Of a stretch of DNA of 64,000 nt, positions 45,167 to 54,677 are shown in pieces (positions within the stretch are counted from its first letter, which is position 1; each line of letters begins with the position of its first letter). The DNA lies in the IMG/VR virus record IMGVR_UViG_3300037091_000258. One strand, 5' to 3'. The position numbers and the translations under genes were made by a program. The stretch comes from an uncultured virus (IMG/VR IMGVR_UViG_3300037091_000258) (Duplodnaviria; Heunggongvirae; Uroviricota; Caudoviricetes). The notes below the pieces were generated by a model that saw only the letters and a list, made by a program, of their open reading frames with translations, was not told the origin of the DNA and ran no database searches.

Positions 45167-45985
45167 ATGAAACTAGACGAGGCAATGGAATTAGACGAAG
45201 TAAAAGGCAAAGGTGGATTCGATTATCGCTTTTGGTACTGGGCTAAAAAAGGTACATCTTCGTATGGCTTAGGTTATGCTAGACAATCAGTAGATGTAGA
45301 TTTGACAAGAGCCAGTCATGATGCAGAAGAAGCTATAAAAAATATTGCTCAAGCATCAGATGCTTTAGATAAACTTAGCCCAGAAGAACAAAAGAAACAA
45401 CATCCCATAGTAGAGAAGAAGCACCTTGAGAATGTGAAAAGGTTAAAAACAATGGTAGACCAATTCGGTTCACCAATTGTAATCCATTGGCTAAGTAGTA
45501 TTCCCACTGAAAAGGCGGGTGATGAACTAAGAGAACCCACTGGCGAACGACCTACAATAGCGACAGTACCGTTAAGACGCAAAGATGATGTCACAGATTA
45601 TTCAGGCCAAGATCTGAATTTTGCCTTACTTTATAGACAATCCAATACTAAAAAAGTTATTGAAATGAACGTTAAGTGGAACGCTATCAAAATAAATGAT
45701 GCCGCTGGAGATACACAGAATACCCTAATTGCTAAATTTGCCAAAGAAGTAATTACAAAACACGGTAAAACACGCGAGGCTACATATGGTCGTGCCACGG
45801 CTATACCCGACATAATGAAAACATTACATTTTAAGGATGAAGCCTCCGGTACAGAAATTAAACCCTTTAGTACAGCAGATTACAAATTTATTGAAGGTGT
45901 AGGTTCAGAAATTGGTAAATTACGCGATGTAATCAAAGGTAAGTTCCCACAAATATTAAAGAGAGTCCGAGCGATATTTACATAA
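45167..45985 (+). CDS. putative internal head protein
   Basis: MKLDEAMELDEV start. Confidence 0.55.
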   Translation: MKLDEAMELDEVKGKGGFDYRFWYWAKKGTSSYGLGYARQSVDVDLTRASHDAEEAIKNIAQASDALDKLSPEEQKKQHPIVEKKHLENVKRLKTMVDQFGSPIVIHWLSSIPTEKAGDELREPTGERPTIATVPLRRKDDVTDYSGQDLNFALLYRQSNTKKVIEMNVKWNAIKINDAAGDTQNTLIAKFAKEVITKHGKTREATYGRATAIPDIMKTLHFKDEASGTEIKPFSTADYKFIEGVGSEIGKLRDVIKGKFPQILKRVRAIFT

Positions 45986-46005
45986 AATTTTTCAAAGGAG
46001 TTAAT

Positions 46006-46299
46006 ATGGTTAACGAAATTAAGGCAGATTTTGAGTATGCTGCTAAGGTGGGTCATAATAAATTAGGCAACGAAGAAAAAAGAGAACGTTTAAATAGCTT
46101 CCCAGCTCAAAATGATAAATTGAGTTTACATGATAAGGCCTTACAAGAAAGAGTATTGGCCAGGGTAAAGCTACCTAATGTCGTTTGGGATAACTTGATA
46201 AAGGATTTAAAGAATAAAGAAACCAAAGCGACAATTTGTAGCACGTACCGTATAAAACCGGCAGATCTAAAACAGATACGTAGGTGGCTCGGTTATTAA
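46006..46299 (+). CDS. hypothetical protein
   Basis: AAGGAG RBS. Confidence 0.65.
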   Translation: MVNEIKADFEYAAKVGHNKLGNEEKRERLNSFPAQNDKLSLHDKALQERVLARVKLPNVVWDNLIKDLKNKETKATICSTYRIKPADLKQIRRWLGY

Positions 46300-46314
46300 A
46301 AAGAGGTTTAAGAA

Positions 46315-47709
46315 ATGAATACTACAGAAACAGTTACTCTGACTACAGACTCTAACTATATACCTGTAAAATATCGCATTGTTGAAATGGTTCCAGCTGC
46401 TACAGCTGCCACAACTTATTGTACTCTTCAGGTTGTAGATTATGGTTGGGACACAGAGGCGCACTGGAGAAATTATATAGGACATGCCATAACGTCGCAG
46501 AATCCTAGACCTACTGCCCCCAATGCATCAGTAAATTATTATCCTGGTGGCTATATTTATGGATTTGGGGGTGGAACTACAGCCGGCATACAAGGTACAC
46601 TTGGAGTTCTTTCTGTAGCGCCATTAAGCACCGTAATAGAATATCCAATCATAATTCATAAATACTTCGTGAATTATAATGACAATTTTTCAACTACCGG
46701 TACAGCCCCATATGATTCTAGTTTTTATGCTGGTGGCGATACTGTCACAGTCAAAGGAAACCTTGGTACAGGTGGGGCGGCGTATTCACGTACAGATATT
46801 AGCTTTGTTGGACTAGAAACTCTAACGCGGGCAGATATAAGTTTTTCAGCAACTGACAATTCTATTAATACAGTTGGTGGTAGTTTCACAGCAGCTGGAT
46901 TTGCAAACGGCCAAACAGGATTAACAGTTTCAGGCAGTTTATATAATAACTTCAATGCTTTTGCTGGCGCATCAATAGTTACAACTACAGCGACTAAACT
47001 TATAATCACTGGATACACAATAACAACTGAAGCGGCCACCGCCCAAGTTACAGTTACTTCAGGCAATCAAATTGTTACAGCAGCTGGTAACTTCTTGACT
47101 GCCGGATTCGGTCCGGGTCAAACAGGATTAAAAATTACAGGTAGTGGATCTAACAATATTACTTCTGGCACAATAGTAACAGCTACTACACTAGTTCTGA
47201 CATTAGATCCTAGCACTGTACTTGTAGATGAAATTGCTGGAGCCACTGATGTACTCAGTACTCCTCTAGTTGCACCAGGTTATACATTTGGTGGATGGAG
47301 TACTTCTACTGATTGGAAGAGAGGTACGTTAGGTGCCGAACCTACGGGCGGCAAGATTTATGCTCCTTCGGCTACATTTGCTATGCCACCCCAAGATTTA
47401 ATTTTGTGGGCTGTTTGGAACCCAATATATACTTTGACCGTATTGGCATCTGCTAGCACATGGGGAAGTGTAACGCCAAATACACCAACTGTAGTTACAT
47501 TCAACTCACCACAAGCTATTACAGCTACAGCAAACGTTGGATATCAATTTGTAAACTGGACAGTAGTTCGAACACCGGCTATGACTAACGATACACAATT
47601 TTCAACAGGTGTTATATTTGCAAATCAAACATCAGCAACTACAACAGTCACATTAACTGATTACGCATTAACTAATGTGACTATACAGGCAAACTTTACT
47701 AAGACTTAA
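46315..47709 (+). CDS. virion surface protein with InlB B-repeat (Listeria-Bacteroides repeat) domains and nested insertions
   Basis: YFVNYN.N..TTGTAP.DS..Y..GDTVTV.GN.G ... PGYTFGGW...Y.P.ATF.MP..DLILWAVW; second repeat YTLTV...GSVTP...ITATANVGYQFVNW. Confidence 0.75.
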   Translation: MNTTETVTLTTDSNYIPVKYRIVEMVPAATAATTYCTLQVVDYGWDTEAHWRNYIGHAITSQNPRPTAPNASVNYYPGGYIYGFGGGTTAGIQGTLGVLSVAPLSTVIEYPIIIHKYFVNYNDNFSTTGTAPYDSSFYAGGDTVTVKGNLGTGGAAYSRTDISFVGLETLTRADISFSATDNSINTVGGSFTAAGFANGQTGLTVSGSLYNNFNAFAGASIVTTTATKLIITGYTITTEAATAQVTVTSGNQIVTAAGNFLTAGFGPGQTGLKITGSGSNNITSGTIVTATTLVLTLDPSTVLVDEIAGATDVLSTPLVAPGYTFGGWSTSTDWKRGTLGAEPTGGKIYAPSATFAMPPQDLILWAVWNPIYTLTVLASASTWGSVTPNTPTVVTFNSPQAITATANVGYQFVNWTVVRTPAMTNDTQFSTGVIFANQTSATTTVTLTDYALTNVTIQANFTKT

Positions 47710-47711
47710 AT

Positions 47712-48005
47712 ATGATAAATCTGAAGAAATTAGTAAGAGGGCAGATTTTAAAATCTGAGCAAGATGCTTTAAAAGGATATTATATAATCAAGGATTTACC
47801 TATAGTATTAGATCTTATTTGGGCTAGAAAAACTAATACTTTGTTTTTTGCAGATATGTCTATAAAGGAAACTGAAAAGGAATTTAAACAGGAAACTTAT
47901 ATAGCTGAAGACCAAGTATTAGCCCGAAAAGAAATAATTAGATTGGTATATACCGCTATGTCAGTTAAGCCGAGCGATATCGCAGAAGTATTTAAGAGTA
48001 TATAA
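47712..48005 (+). CDS. hypothetical protein, C-terminal 'IF-helix' family
   Basis: LVRGQIL start; RKEIIRLVY. Confidence 0.55.
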   Translation: MINLKKLVRGQILKSEQDALKGYYIIKDLPIVLDLIWARKTNTLFFADMSIKETEKEFKQETYIAEDQVLARKEIIRLVYTAMSVKPSDIAEVFKSI

Positions 48006-48008
48006 GAA

Positions 48009-48398
48009 ATGAGTGAAAATAACGAATTACAAGTTACCAAAAACGAAATAGCTAAATTAGACGAAACAGCTAAGCAGATAATAACTCAAAGTCAGGATGA
48101 CCGTTTAAAGGCCGACGATTTATATAGCTACTATCAGGGTCTAATAGCTAATGGGGATACAAAAGGTGAAACACGAATTGCTTTAGCCAAGTCGTTAGAG
48201 CTTAGAGAAATGAGTGTAGGCAACTTAATAGAAGTATTGAAGTTGAAAACACGTCTAATGGAAAAGCAACTCTTATATGAAATAAAACGCCAGGACAATA
48301 GTAACATGAGTATAGGCAAACGTAATAGCGGATATGATACGACGAATATTATAATGGACATAGACCATGAGGTAAACGCAGATGAGCAAAATACGTAG
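48009..48398 (+). CDS. helical protein, possible terminase small subunit
   Basis: helical 129 aa upstream of the large terminase; call is positional only. Confidence 0.35.
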   Translation: MSENNELQVTKNEIAKLDETAKQIITQSQDDRLKADDLYSYYQGLIANGDTKGETRIALAKSLELREMSVGNLIEVLKLKTRLMEKQLLYEIKRQDNSNMSIGKRNSGYDTTNIIMDIDHEVNADEQNT

Positions 48399-48828
48399 AG
48401 ATGACGACAGTAGAAATTTTCTACGAAGTATGAAAGAAGAATGGAATCCAGACAGAAGTCTGCCTTCCCAAAGTTACTCTTTTATTACTCCAGAACTTCC
48501 AAAAGATTTCATGGACGAATGTATGGAGATAGTAGAAAAACTAGATAAACGTCAAACTAAAACTGACGTAGTAAATTGGAAAGAGCGAGCTGAGATGGAT
48601 GCTGTCACGAAAAGAAGTGGTAAATATTTAACGGTAGATGAAGATGAAACATACACTGATGTAATGCCAACCAAAGAAGAAAGAGAAGCTAGAAAATCTA
48701 GTAAGAAGCCATCAGCAATTAACGAAGAAACAAGAAGACCAGCAGCACCCAAAGTTCAGGTGTCTAAACAAGAGCAAAATCTAATGGATTATTTAGGTGG
48801 CGTCATGGACCTCCTGGGAGACAAGTAA
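48382..48828 (+). CDS. hypothetical protein
   Basis: 148 aa; GAGG RBS. Confidence 0.6.
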   Translation: MSKIRRDDDSRNFLRSMKEEWNPDRSLPSQSYSFITPELPKDFMDECMEIVEKLDKRQTKTDVVNWKERAEMDAVTKRSGKYLTVDEDETYTDVMPTKEEREARKSSKKPSAINEETRRPAAPKVQVSKQEQNLMDYLGGVMDLLGDK

Positions 48829-49070
48829 TGAGCGTTAGAGGTAAAAACTTTTACAGTCAATTTGAAGATGAAATGGAAGCCATTGAGGGTATGTTTGTTA
48901 ATACTGATGAAGATATTAGTAATCCTGCCACTGCTGATTTAGTAGCTAACTTTGAAAGACAAAAAGCTGTTTTAATGGCCAAGAAGACTAAGCTCACACA
49001 AGAGTTAGATGCTACTGATAAAGAAATACAAAAGATAGACGCACAGATTGGTTTGAAAAAGAGCACATGA
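48828..49070 (+). CDS. small coiled-coil protein
   Basis: heptad-rich C-terminal half. Confidence 0.6.
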   Translation: MSVRGKNFYSQFEDEMEAIEGMFVNTDEDISNPATADLVANFERQKAVLMAKKTKLTQELDATDKEIQKIDAQIGLKKST

Positions 49071-49492
49071 GCATGAGTAAATGGGATGAAGACGAATTTG
49101 ACGATGAAGAGGAGCATTATAGAAAGAAGCGTGAACGTGTAGATAAAGAACATATAGAAAGAGAAAAAGAAAGAGAGCGAACTCTCAAAAGTCTCCATAA
49201 AGGCCAAGTGCTACAACACTCTGGTAGTTGGAACGTCACAAGCCCAGGCCATCCCGCGCTAGACAGTTTTGTTGTATTTTTAATCATACGTTCTTTAGAC
49301 GAAGATAATATATATGGCGCAATCATAGCCAAAGCATCAACTGGTAAAAAGTTCTTATACCCAGATGTGAAAGTTGGACGTGATGAAGATATCGAACTTA
49401 ATTTTGCTAATGTGGGTGGCTCAATCTTTTGGCCCAAAGATATGAAAGACACAAAAGATTTTCATAAAGTTGTAAGAACGGTATTTGAATAA
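49067..49492 (+). CDS. hypothetical protein, C-terminal 'IF-helix' family
   Basis: charged N-terminus, LHKGQVL, ends FHKVVRTVFE. Confidence 0.6.
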   Translation: MSMSKWDEDEFDDEEEHYRKKRERVDKEHIEREKERERTLKSLHKGQVLQHSGSWNVTSPGHPALDSFVVFLIIRSLDEDNIYGAIIAKASTGKKFLYPDVKVGRDEDIELNFANVGGSIFWPKDMKDTKDFHKVVRTVFE

Positions 49493-49764
49493 TGAACCTT
49501 GAAGTTGGAAAACTTTACTATAATGACTTTAAAGAGTGTATAGTAAAAGTTACTAGTAAAATTGAGAAGCCCGATGAAACTGGCGTAGATAAGCCATCCT
49601 CATATACGGCTACAGTTTTAATTGGCAATTTGACATTTGGCGAGCGCAATTTATTTTTTGCTGCTGATTCTAAGTTTGATAATCATTTAGAAGAAATCAT
49701 AACACTGCTTGAGACTCGAAAAAAGAAAGTAATAAGATCTATTTGGAATACTATTCATGGCTGA
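49492..49764 (+). CDS. hypothetical protein, C-terminal 'IF-helix' family
   Basis: MNLEVGKLYY start; KKKVIRSIWN. Confidence 0.6.
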   Translation: MNLEVGKLYYNDFKECIVKVTSKIEKPDETGVDKPSSYTATVLIGNLTFGERNLFFAADSKFDNHLEEIITLLETRKKKVIRSIWNTIHG

Positions 49765-51649
49765 AGATAATAAGAAGCACGTCCTTCGACGACTACAAGA
49801 AAAAATAATCGAATTCAATTTGCCCATAACTGTCGATAAAATACCTTTATCTGGCGAGTATGTCAAAGTAAAATATAACGATGATACTGTAGATACCGTA
49901 GACTGGAAAGCAGAGTTTTATCTTTGTAAAAATTTCTTTGAATACTTTGCTGATCAATATGGTTATATTTTAGACCCTAAAAACAAAAGAGTCTTTGCTT
50001 TTAAATCACACAAGTTCCAAAGGGAATTGATAATTCCCACGATATTAAACAATCTACACGTAATATTTAGAAAGTGCCGACAACAAGGCTTGAGTGTCAT
50101 TTGTGGTATCTACGCTATATGGAAAGTAAATTTCAATATGGCCCAGGACGTAATGATAATTTCACGAACTGGTAAAGATGCACGAGACTTCAAAGCAAAG
50201 GCTATGGTAACCTACGATAGATTACCAGAGTTTTTGAAAACGAAAGCTACTCGCGATGGACAGAACATGTCCACACTAAAACTACTCAACCAATCTAAAA
50301 TGGAAGTTAGAACAGCTGCCCAGGATTCAGGACGTGGTGTTACTGCTTCTTTATTGATACTTGATGAGTGTGCTTTCATGCAATACGCTGATGACATCTG
50401 GGGTTCAGCTTATCCTTCATTGTCTAACACTGGCGGTCAATGCTTTATAATTTCCACTGCAAACGGAGTAGGAAACTTTTATCATCAAAAGTGGTTACAA
50501 GCTGAAAATGGCGAAAGTGATTTTGCAGCAGTATATGTACCATGGTGGAAGTACCCTGGTCGAGATAACGATTGGTCTGAATATATTAACGATCATCAAC
50601 AAGACTACATAGAAAATGAATTAGGTACTATTTCTGTAGAACAATTAAAGAAAGACTTAGCCGAAGAAAAAGAAAATGTACCAGATGCTTATTGGAAAAG
50701 ATTAGCAGATCTTTATGTCCAGAAAAAAGAAGAAGAAGCGTTAAACTATAACGGCACAGGTAAAAAACCTTGGCTCAAGATTCAAAGAGATGAACTAGGA
50801 CCCAGAAAATTTAATCAGGAAATTTTATCTAGATTCTTAGGATCAGGTAATACAGTAATAAGCATAGAAGCTCTTGAAAGAATAAACGAGCAGATAAGGG
50901 AACCAGTATTCACAGACAGCTTAGACGGACGTGAAACCATTAAAGGTTTGAATGTTTTTCAGTCACCAGTAAATGATATAACTTATACAATGACCGTCGA
51001 CGTTGCATCCGGATCTGGTAGCGACTATAGCACTTTTCAAATTTTTAGAGATGATAGCTTAGAACAGGTAGTCGAATACAAACAGCAAATAGATAATAAA
51101 TCATTTTCTGCAATAATAAAGAAAGTTGGTAAGCGTTACAATTTAGCCTATGTAATAGTAGAAACTAACCAAGGTATGTCTGTCTTTAATGAATTATATC
51201 TAGATGTAAATGATCCTTATCAGAATATGCTATATGAGTTTAAGAATAGATCTTATCGAGGTTTACATACTGGTCCAGCCAATAAGAAACTAATGCTTGA
51301 TGAATTCATGATGAACATAGAAAACAACCATATTAAGATTTATGGTAAACGCACTTTAGAAGAAATGCAGGTTTACATTTGGCACAATAATAAGCCACAA
51401 GCTAGTACTGGTTATAACGATGACTTAGTATTGCCCATAATGTTCTTAGCCTATTTATTGAAGTACGGGGAACAAAGAATGACTACGCTTGGTTTTGCAA
51501 CCGCTACACAAACAGTAGGCGTTCCTCAAGAGACCATGGCGGACGAACGCGTAGAAGAGATGAAATATTTCAAAGAAGAAGAGGCAAAGAGGGCAGTTAA
51601 AGATCTCTATGGCCTTGATTGGGAGACGTATAATTGGGTAAGCAAATAA
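49757..51649 (+). CDS. terminase large subunit (T4 gp17-like)
   Basis: KCRQQGLS Walker A variant, LLILDECAF Walker B, IISTANG, VDVASGSGSDYS, GYNDDLV. Confidence 0.95.
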   Translation: MAEDNKKHVLRRLQEKIIEFNLPITVDKIPLSGEYVKVKYNDDTVDTVDWKAEFYLCKNFFEYFADQYGYILDPKNKRVFAFKSHKFQRELIIPTILNNLHVIFRKCRQQGLSVICGIYAIWKVNFNMAQDVMIISRTGKDARDFKAKAMVTYDRLPEFLKTKATRDGQNMSTLKLLNQSKMEVRTAAQDSGRGVTASLLILDECAFMQYADDIWGSAYPSLSNTGGQCFIISTANGVGNFYHQKWLQAENGESDFAAVYVPWWKYPGRDNDWSEYINDHQQDYIENELGTISVEQLKKDLAEEKENVPDAYWKRLADLYVQKKEEEALNYNGTGKKPWLKIQRDELGPRKFNQEILSRFLGSGNTVISIEALERINEQIREPVFTDSLDGRETIKGLNVFQSPVNDITYTMTVDVASGSGSDYSTFQIFRDDSLEQVVEYKQQIDNKSFSAIIKKVGKRYNLAYVIVETNQGMSVFNELYLDVNDPYQNMLYEFKNRSYRGLHTGPANKKLMLDEFMMNIENNHIKIYGKRTLEEMQVYIWHNNKPQASTGYNDDLVLPIMFLAYLLKYGEQRMTTLGFATATQTVGVPQETMADERVEEMKYFKEEEAKRAVKDLYGLDWETYNWVSK

Positions 51650-51846
51650 CAATACCATCGGGCATTCCCAATCCCAACTACAACAACAAATTGGTTAAAG
51701 CTAATTTTCTATTACTACATGATCTGCTTAAAAACAAAGCATGGTTGGTCTTTCAGCAAGTAGTAAAAGAGGGTTACAAAAACGGATGGATCCGTGAAAT
51801 TACTCCCGATCTATTTAAAGCTATTTTTAGTGGCGCTTATAAATGA
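51634..51846 (+). CDS. hypothetical protein, C-terminal 'IF-helix' family
   Basis: PDLFKAIFS. Confidence 0.5.
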   Translation: MGKQITIPSGIPNPNYNNKLVKANFLLLHDLLKNKAWLVFQQVVKEGYKNGWIREITPDLFKAIFSGAYK

Positions 51847-52088
51847 AAATCAATGTCAAAAACATTATAAGCGATTGGGAATACGAGATTCATAAGTGGA
51901 AGGGATTTGATATATCGCACAGTCCAAGACCGAAATGGGAATATAGTCTTAGTCGAGATGGTTATGAAGTTTTTGAATTTAGTCGGGGTGGGTATTTAAC
52001 ATTAGAAAGTATAGTCGAAAATCTTGAAAAAGCCTTAGATGAAGAGAAGAACAAAATAGCAATGATCCGAGCTTGCTTCGAGAACTAA
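51843..52088 (+). CDS. hypothetical protein, C-terminal 'IF-helix' family
   Basis: KIAMIRACFEN. Confidence 0.55.
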   Translation: MKINVKNIISDWEYEIHKWKGFDISHSPRPKWEYSLSRDGYEVFEFSRGGYLTLESIVENLEKALDEEKNKIAMIRACFEN

Positions 52089-52099
52089 AGGTTTTAAAA

Positions 52100-52681
52100 A
52101 TGTCTAATTATTATTATGAACTACATAGAGAAGAAATATTGAAAAGCCGTAAAGTCTACTACGCAAAAAATAAGACAGCAAAATTAGAATATCAAAATGA
52201 ATACATAAAACAACCGGACGTGATAATAAAACGTAAAGAATATATGAAGAAACGTAGAAAAACGAAGTCCTATAAAGACAACCATTATATAAGCCATAAA
52301 AAATATAGACAGACTGATAGTTATAAAGTTCATCTTGAAGCTCGAAATAAAAAATACAGCCAAGACCCAAAATTTAGATTGAATCATAGTATGAGTGTTG
52401 CAATAGGTGATGCTCTGACCAAGAATAAAAATGGTAGACATTGGGAAGATTTAGTGGGCTACAAGATGCCTGAACTAAAACAGCATTTAGAAAATTTATG
52501 GTCATCAGGGATGTCTTGGAATAATTATGGTAAAAACGGTTGGGTCATAGATCACATTATACCCAGAAAGTTATGGGAGTATAAATCATCTAACGACATT
52601 GAATTCAAGCAATGTTGGTGCTTAGCCAATTTACAGCCATTATGGGAAATAGACAACATAAAGAAAGGTGATGCCTGTTAA
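52100..52681 (+). CDS. HNH homing endonuclease
   Basis: LVGY...ELKQHLE.....GMSWNNYG..GW.IDHIIP...NLQPLW..DN..KG. Confidence 0.85.
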   Translation: MSNYYYELHREEILKSRKVYYAKNKTAKLEYQNEYIKQPDVIIKRKEYMKKRRKTKSYKDNHYISHKKYRQTDSYKVHLEARNKKYSQDPKFRLNHSMSVAIGDALTKNKNGRHWEDLVGYKMPELKQHLENLWSSGMSWNNYGKNGWVIDHIIPRKLWEYKSSNDIEFKQCWCLANLQPLWEIDNIKKGDAC

Positions 52682-52698
52682 TTTCGATATAAAAACAG

Positions 52699-52708
52699 TA
52701 AGATAACT
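52699..52708 (+). promoter_or_regulatory. putative late promoter
   Basis: TAAGATAACT. Confidence 0.6.
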
Positions 52709-52743
52709 TAAAGTTGAATACTGAACAGAATAGGAGAACGAAT

Positions 52744-53055
52744 ATGGGTATGACGTTACACAACTTCTTCCAGGAGCTGAATTACGTGTTGGACGAGCAA
52801 CACTCTGAGTATATACATAATCTTACTGAAGTAAATTTGAAGCTTCTGACTAAGAGAGTTTACGAAAACTCGGAACTGGTAAGAAACGAGATCAACCGCC
52901 AGGTAAAGCTAACCAAGTATGCTAACCTTCAAGAAGTTATGCAGAGCCTTGATAAAGAAGAAGCAGCTAAGTTTGTTACTTGGATGGGTGAGAACATCTT
53001 TGGCGCTAACCAAATAATTATTGAAGAACTAGAAAAAATCCTAGTAAAAGGTTAA
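52744..53055 (+). CDS. putative head-associated protein
   Basis: AGGAG RBS; LHNFFQELNYVLDEQ. Confidence 0.6.
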   Translation: MGMTLHNFFQELNYVLDEQHSEYIHNLTEVNLKLLTKRVYENSELVRNEINRQVKLTKYANLQEVMQSLDKEEAAKFVTWMGENIFGANQIIIEELEKILVKG

Positions 53056-53271
53056 ATGACGGACCTAACTGGATTAGTGTCTAACTTAAGCAACGAACTT
53101 GGTGAAGCATCTGAAGAAAAACCGCCGGCAAAATTAGTTTTAACGGCTAAAAAAATAGTGACATCAGTTCTAAGCAATCCAGATTTTAGGATGACTACTA
53201 GCGATAAAAAGCTAGAGAAACTCGTTGAAAATTATATCAAAAAGCTAGAAGCTTATTTAAAAACTCTTTAG
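53056..53271 (+). CDS. putative head-associated protein, paralogue of 53527
   Basis: DLTGLVSNLSNELGE...KPPA..V..AK...YIKKLEAYL. Confidence 0.65.
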   Translation: MTDLTGLVSNLSNELGEASEEKPPAKLVLTAKKIVTSVLSNPDFRMTTSDKKLEKLVENYIKKLEAYLKTL

Positions 53272-53286
53272 AGCGAGGGATCTATA

Positions 53287-53520
53287 ATGACAAAGAAATG
53301 CAAAGGCTGTGGCACTAAAATGTATAATGATGAAAAGTATTGCAAGAAATGTGCCAAGGGCAAATTAAAAGAACAGCTTGAATTGAATACTTTCTTGGCC
53401 ACCTTAAACAAAGACTTAGAAGAAAATAAGGATTGCCTCGTGAAAGACGGCAAGAAGGGTATGGCAAAAGGTAAGAAAGTTAAGATGTTGGGCGGCAAGA
53501 AACCGATTGCCGGATATTAA
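53287..53520 (+). CDS. zinc-ribbon protein with L..F...LN..LEE helix
   Basis: CKGCG...YCKKC. Confidence 0.65.
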   Translation: MTKKCKGCGTKMYNDEKYCKKCAKGKLKEQLELNTFLATLNKDLEENKDCLVKDGKKGMAKGKKVKMLGGKKPIAGY

Positions 53521-53526
53521 AACTAA

Positions 53527-53763
53527 ATGGTAGATTTAGATAAGTTCGTACTTGATTTAAATAACGAACTAAATGAAAAATTTGATTTGGCTACTACAAA
53601 AAAACCAGCAATGGTCAAAGTGGCCAAAATATTTTTAGATAACGTACTAACCAGCACATTAGAAAATATACAAGGGCACCGATATCACCATATGGGCCAG
53701 GAAGAAGCTAAAGTAACTACTGACTATATTAAAAAATTGAAAACTTATCTAGGCGCTCTATAA
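53527..53763 (+). CDS. putative head-associated protein, paralogue of 53056
   Basis: DLDKFVLDLNNELNE...KKPA.VKVAK...YIKKLKTYL. Confidence 0.65.
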   Translation: MVDLDKFVLDLNNELNEKFDLATTKKPAMVKVAKIFLDNVLTSTLENIQGHRYHHMGQEEAKVTTDYIKKLKTYLGAL

Positions 53764-53770
53764 AGGATTT

Positions 53771-54106
53771 ATGAGTCGGACTACAGAGCTAATAGAATAC
53801 AGAAAACAAAAGCACTGGAAACAATTAAAGAAACTATACTCTAATGTGGGTTGTGAGCTTTGTGGAGCTAAAAGAAAAAAAGGCCGCGCCTTCGTAATAC
53901 ATCATCAGCATTATAATTCTTTAAACAACGAACAGCGTGAGGATTTGCAAATTCTTTGCCGCCGTTGCCACAACATGTGTCATGATATTATTAAGATGAA
54001 AGATGGATCTGATTTTGTGGCAGGTCTAAAAGACTATGTCAGAAAATATTTTATATACTGCGATACCAAGAAAAGTGTTAATATAATTAGCGAGGTGAAA
54101 ATATAA
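53771..54106 (+). CDS. HNH endonuclease
   Basis: CELCG...IHHQHY..L.NE..EDLQILCRRCH..CH. Confidence 0.85.
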   Translation: MSRTTELIEYRKQKHWKQLKKLYSNVGCELCGAKRKKGRAFVIHHQHYNSLNNEQREDLQILCRRCHNMCHDIIKMKDGSDFVAGLKDYVRKYFIYCDTKKSVNIISEVKI

Positions 54107-54676
54107 ATGGTTGGTATAATCTATTTAGCAACTAATCAGGTTAATGGGAAAGTATACGTGGGGCAAACCATCAAAACGCTCACTTGGAGAAAGGGCAAAC
54201 ACTATAACAGATTATCTGACGATGACAATGCTCATTTTCATAACGCTTTGAGAAAATACAAAAGAACAGATTGGACTTGGGAAATTTTAGAAGAAGTTAT
54301 TAGTGATACCAAAAAAGAAGCTAAAGAAATTTTGACTAAATACGAAAAATATTATATAAAAGTATTAGATTCTAAAAATCGATTAATTGGCTATAACGGC
54401 ACAGTGGGTGGCGACGGAGTCGTAGACCCTTCTGAAGACGTTAGATATAGTATGGGAAAATCTTGGAGAGGTAAGCGATTACCCAACGATATGAAAAAAC
54501 TCATGAGCGAATCGCACAAAGGAAAACCATGTCCTGAAAGTGCAAAAATAAAAATAGGTAACGCTTTACGAGGAAAATCAAATTGGTGGAAAGATCGGCC
54601 CAAATCAATTGAGCAAAAAGAAAAAATGAGACAATCAGCTCTTAAGCGTTATACAACAGTTAAGGAGATAATATAA
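54107..54676 (+). CDS. GIY-YIG homing endonuclease with NUMOD3 motifs
   Basis: GIIYLATN.VNGKVYVGQT...R...H...HNALRKY...E..YI...GYN...GGDG; MSESHKGK. Confidence 0.9.
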   Translation: MVGIIYLATNQVNGKVYVGQTIKTLTWRKGKHYNRLSDDDNAHFHNALRKYKRTDWTWEILEEVISDTKKEAKEILTKYEKYYIKVLDSKNRLIGYNGTVGGDGVVDPSEDVRYSMGKSWRGKRLPNDMKKLMSESHKGKPCPESAKIKIGNALRGKSNWWKDRPKSIEQKEKMRQSALKRYTTVKEII

Positions 54677-54677
54677 A

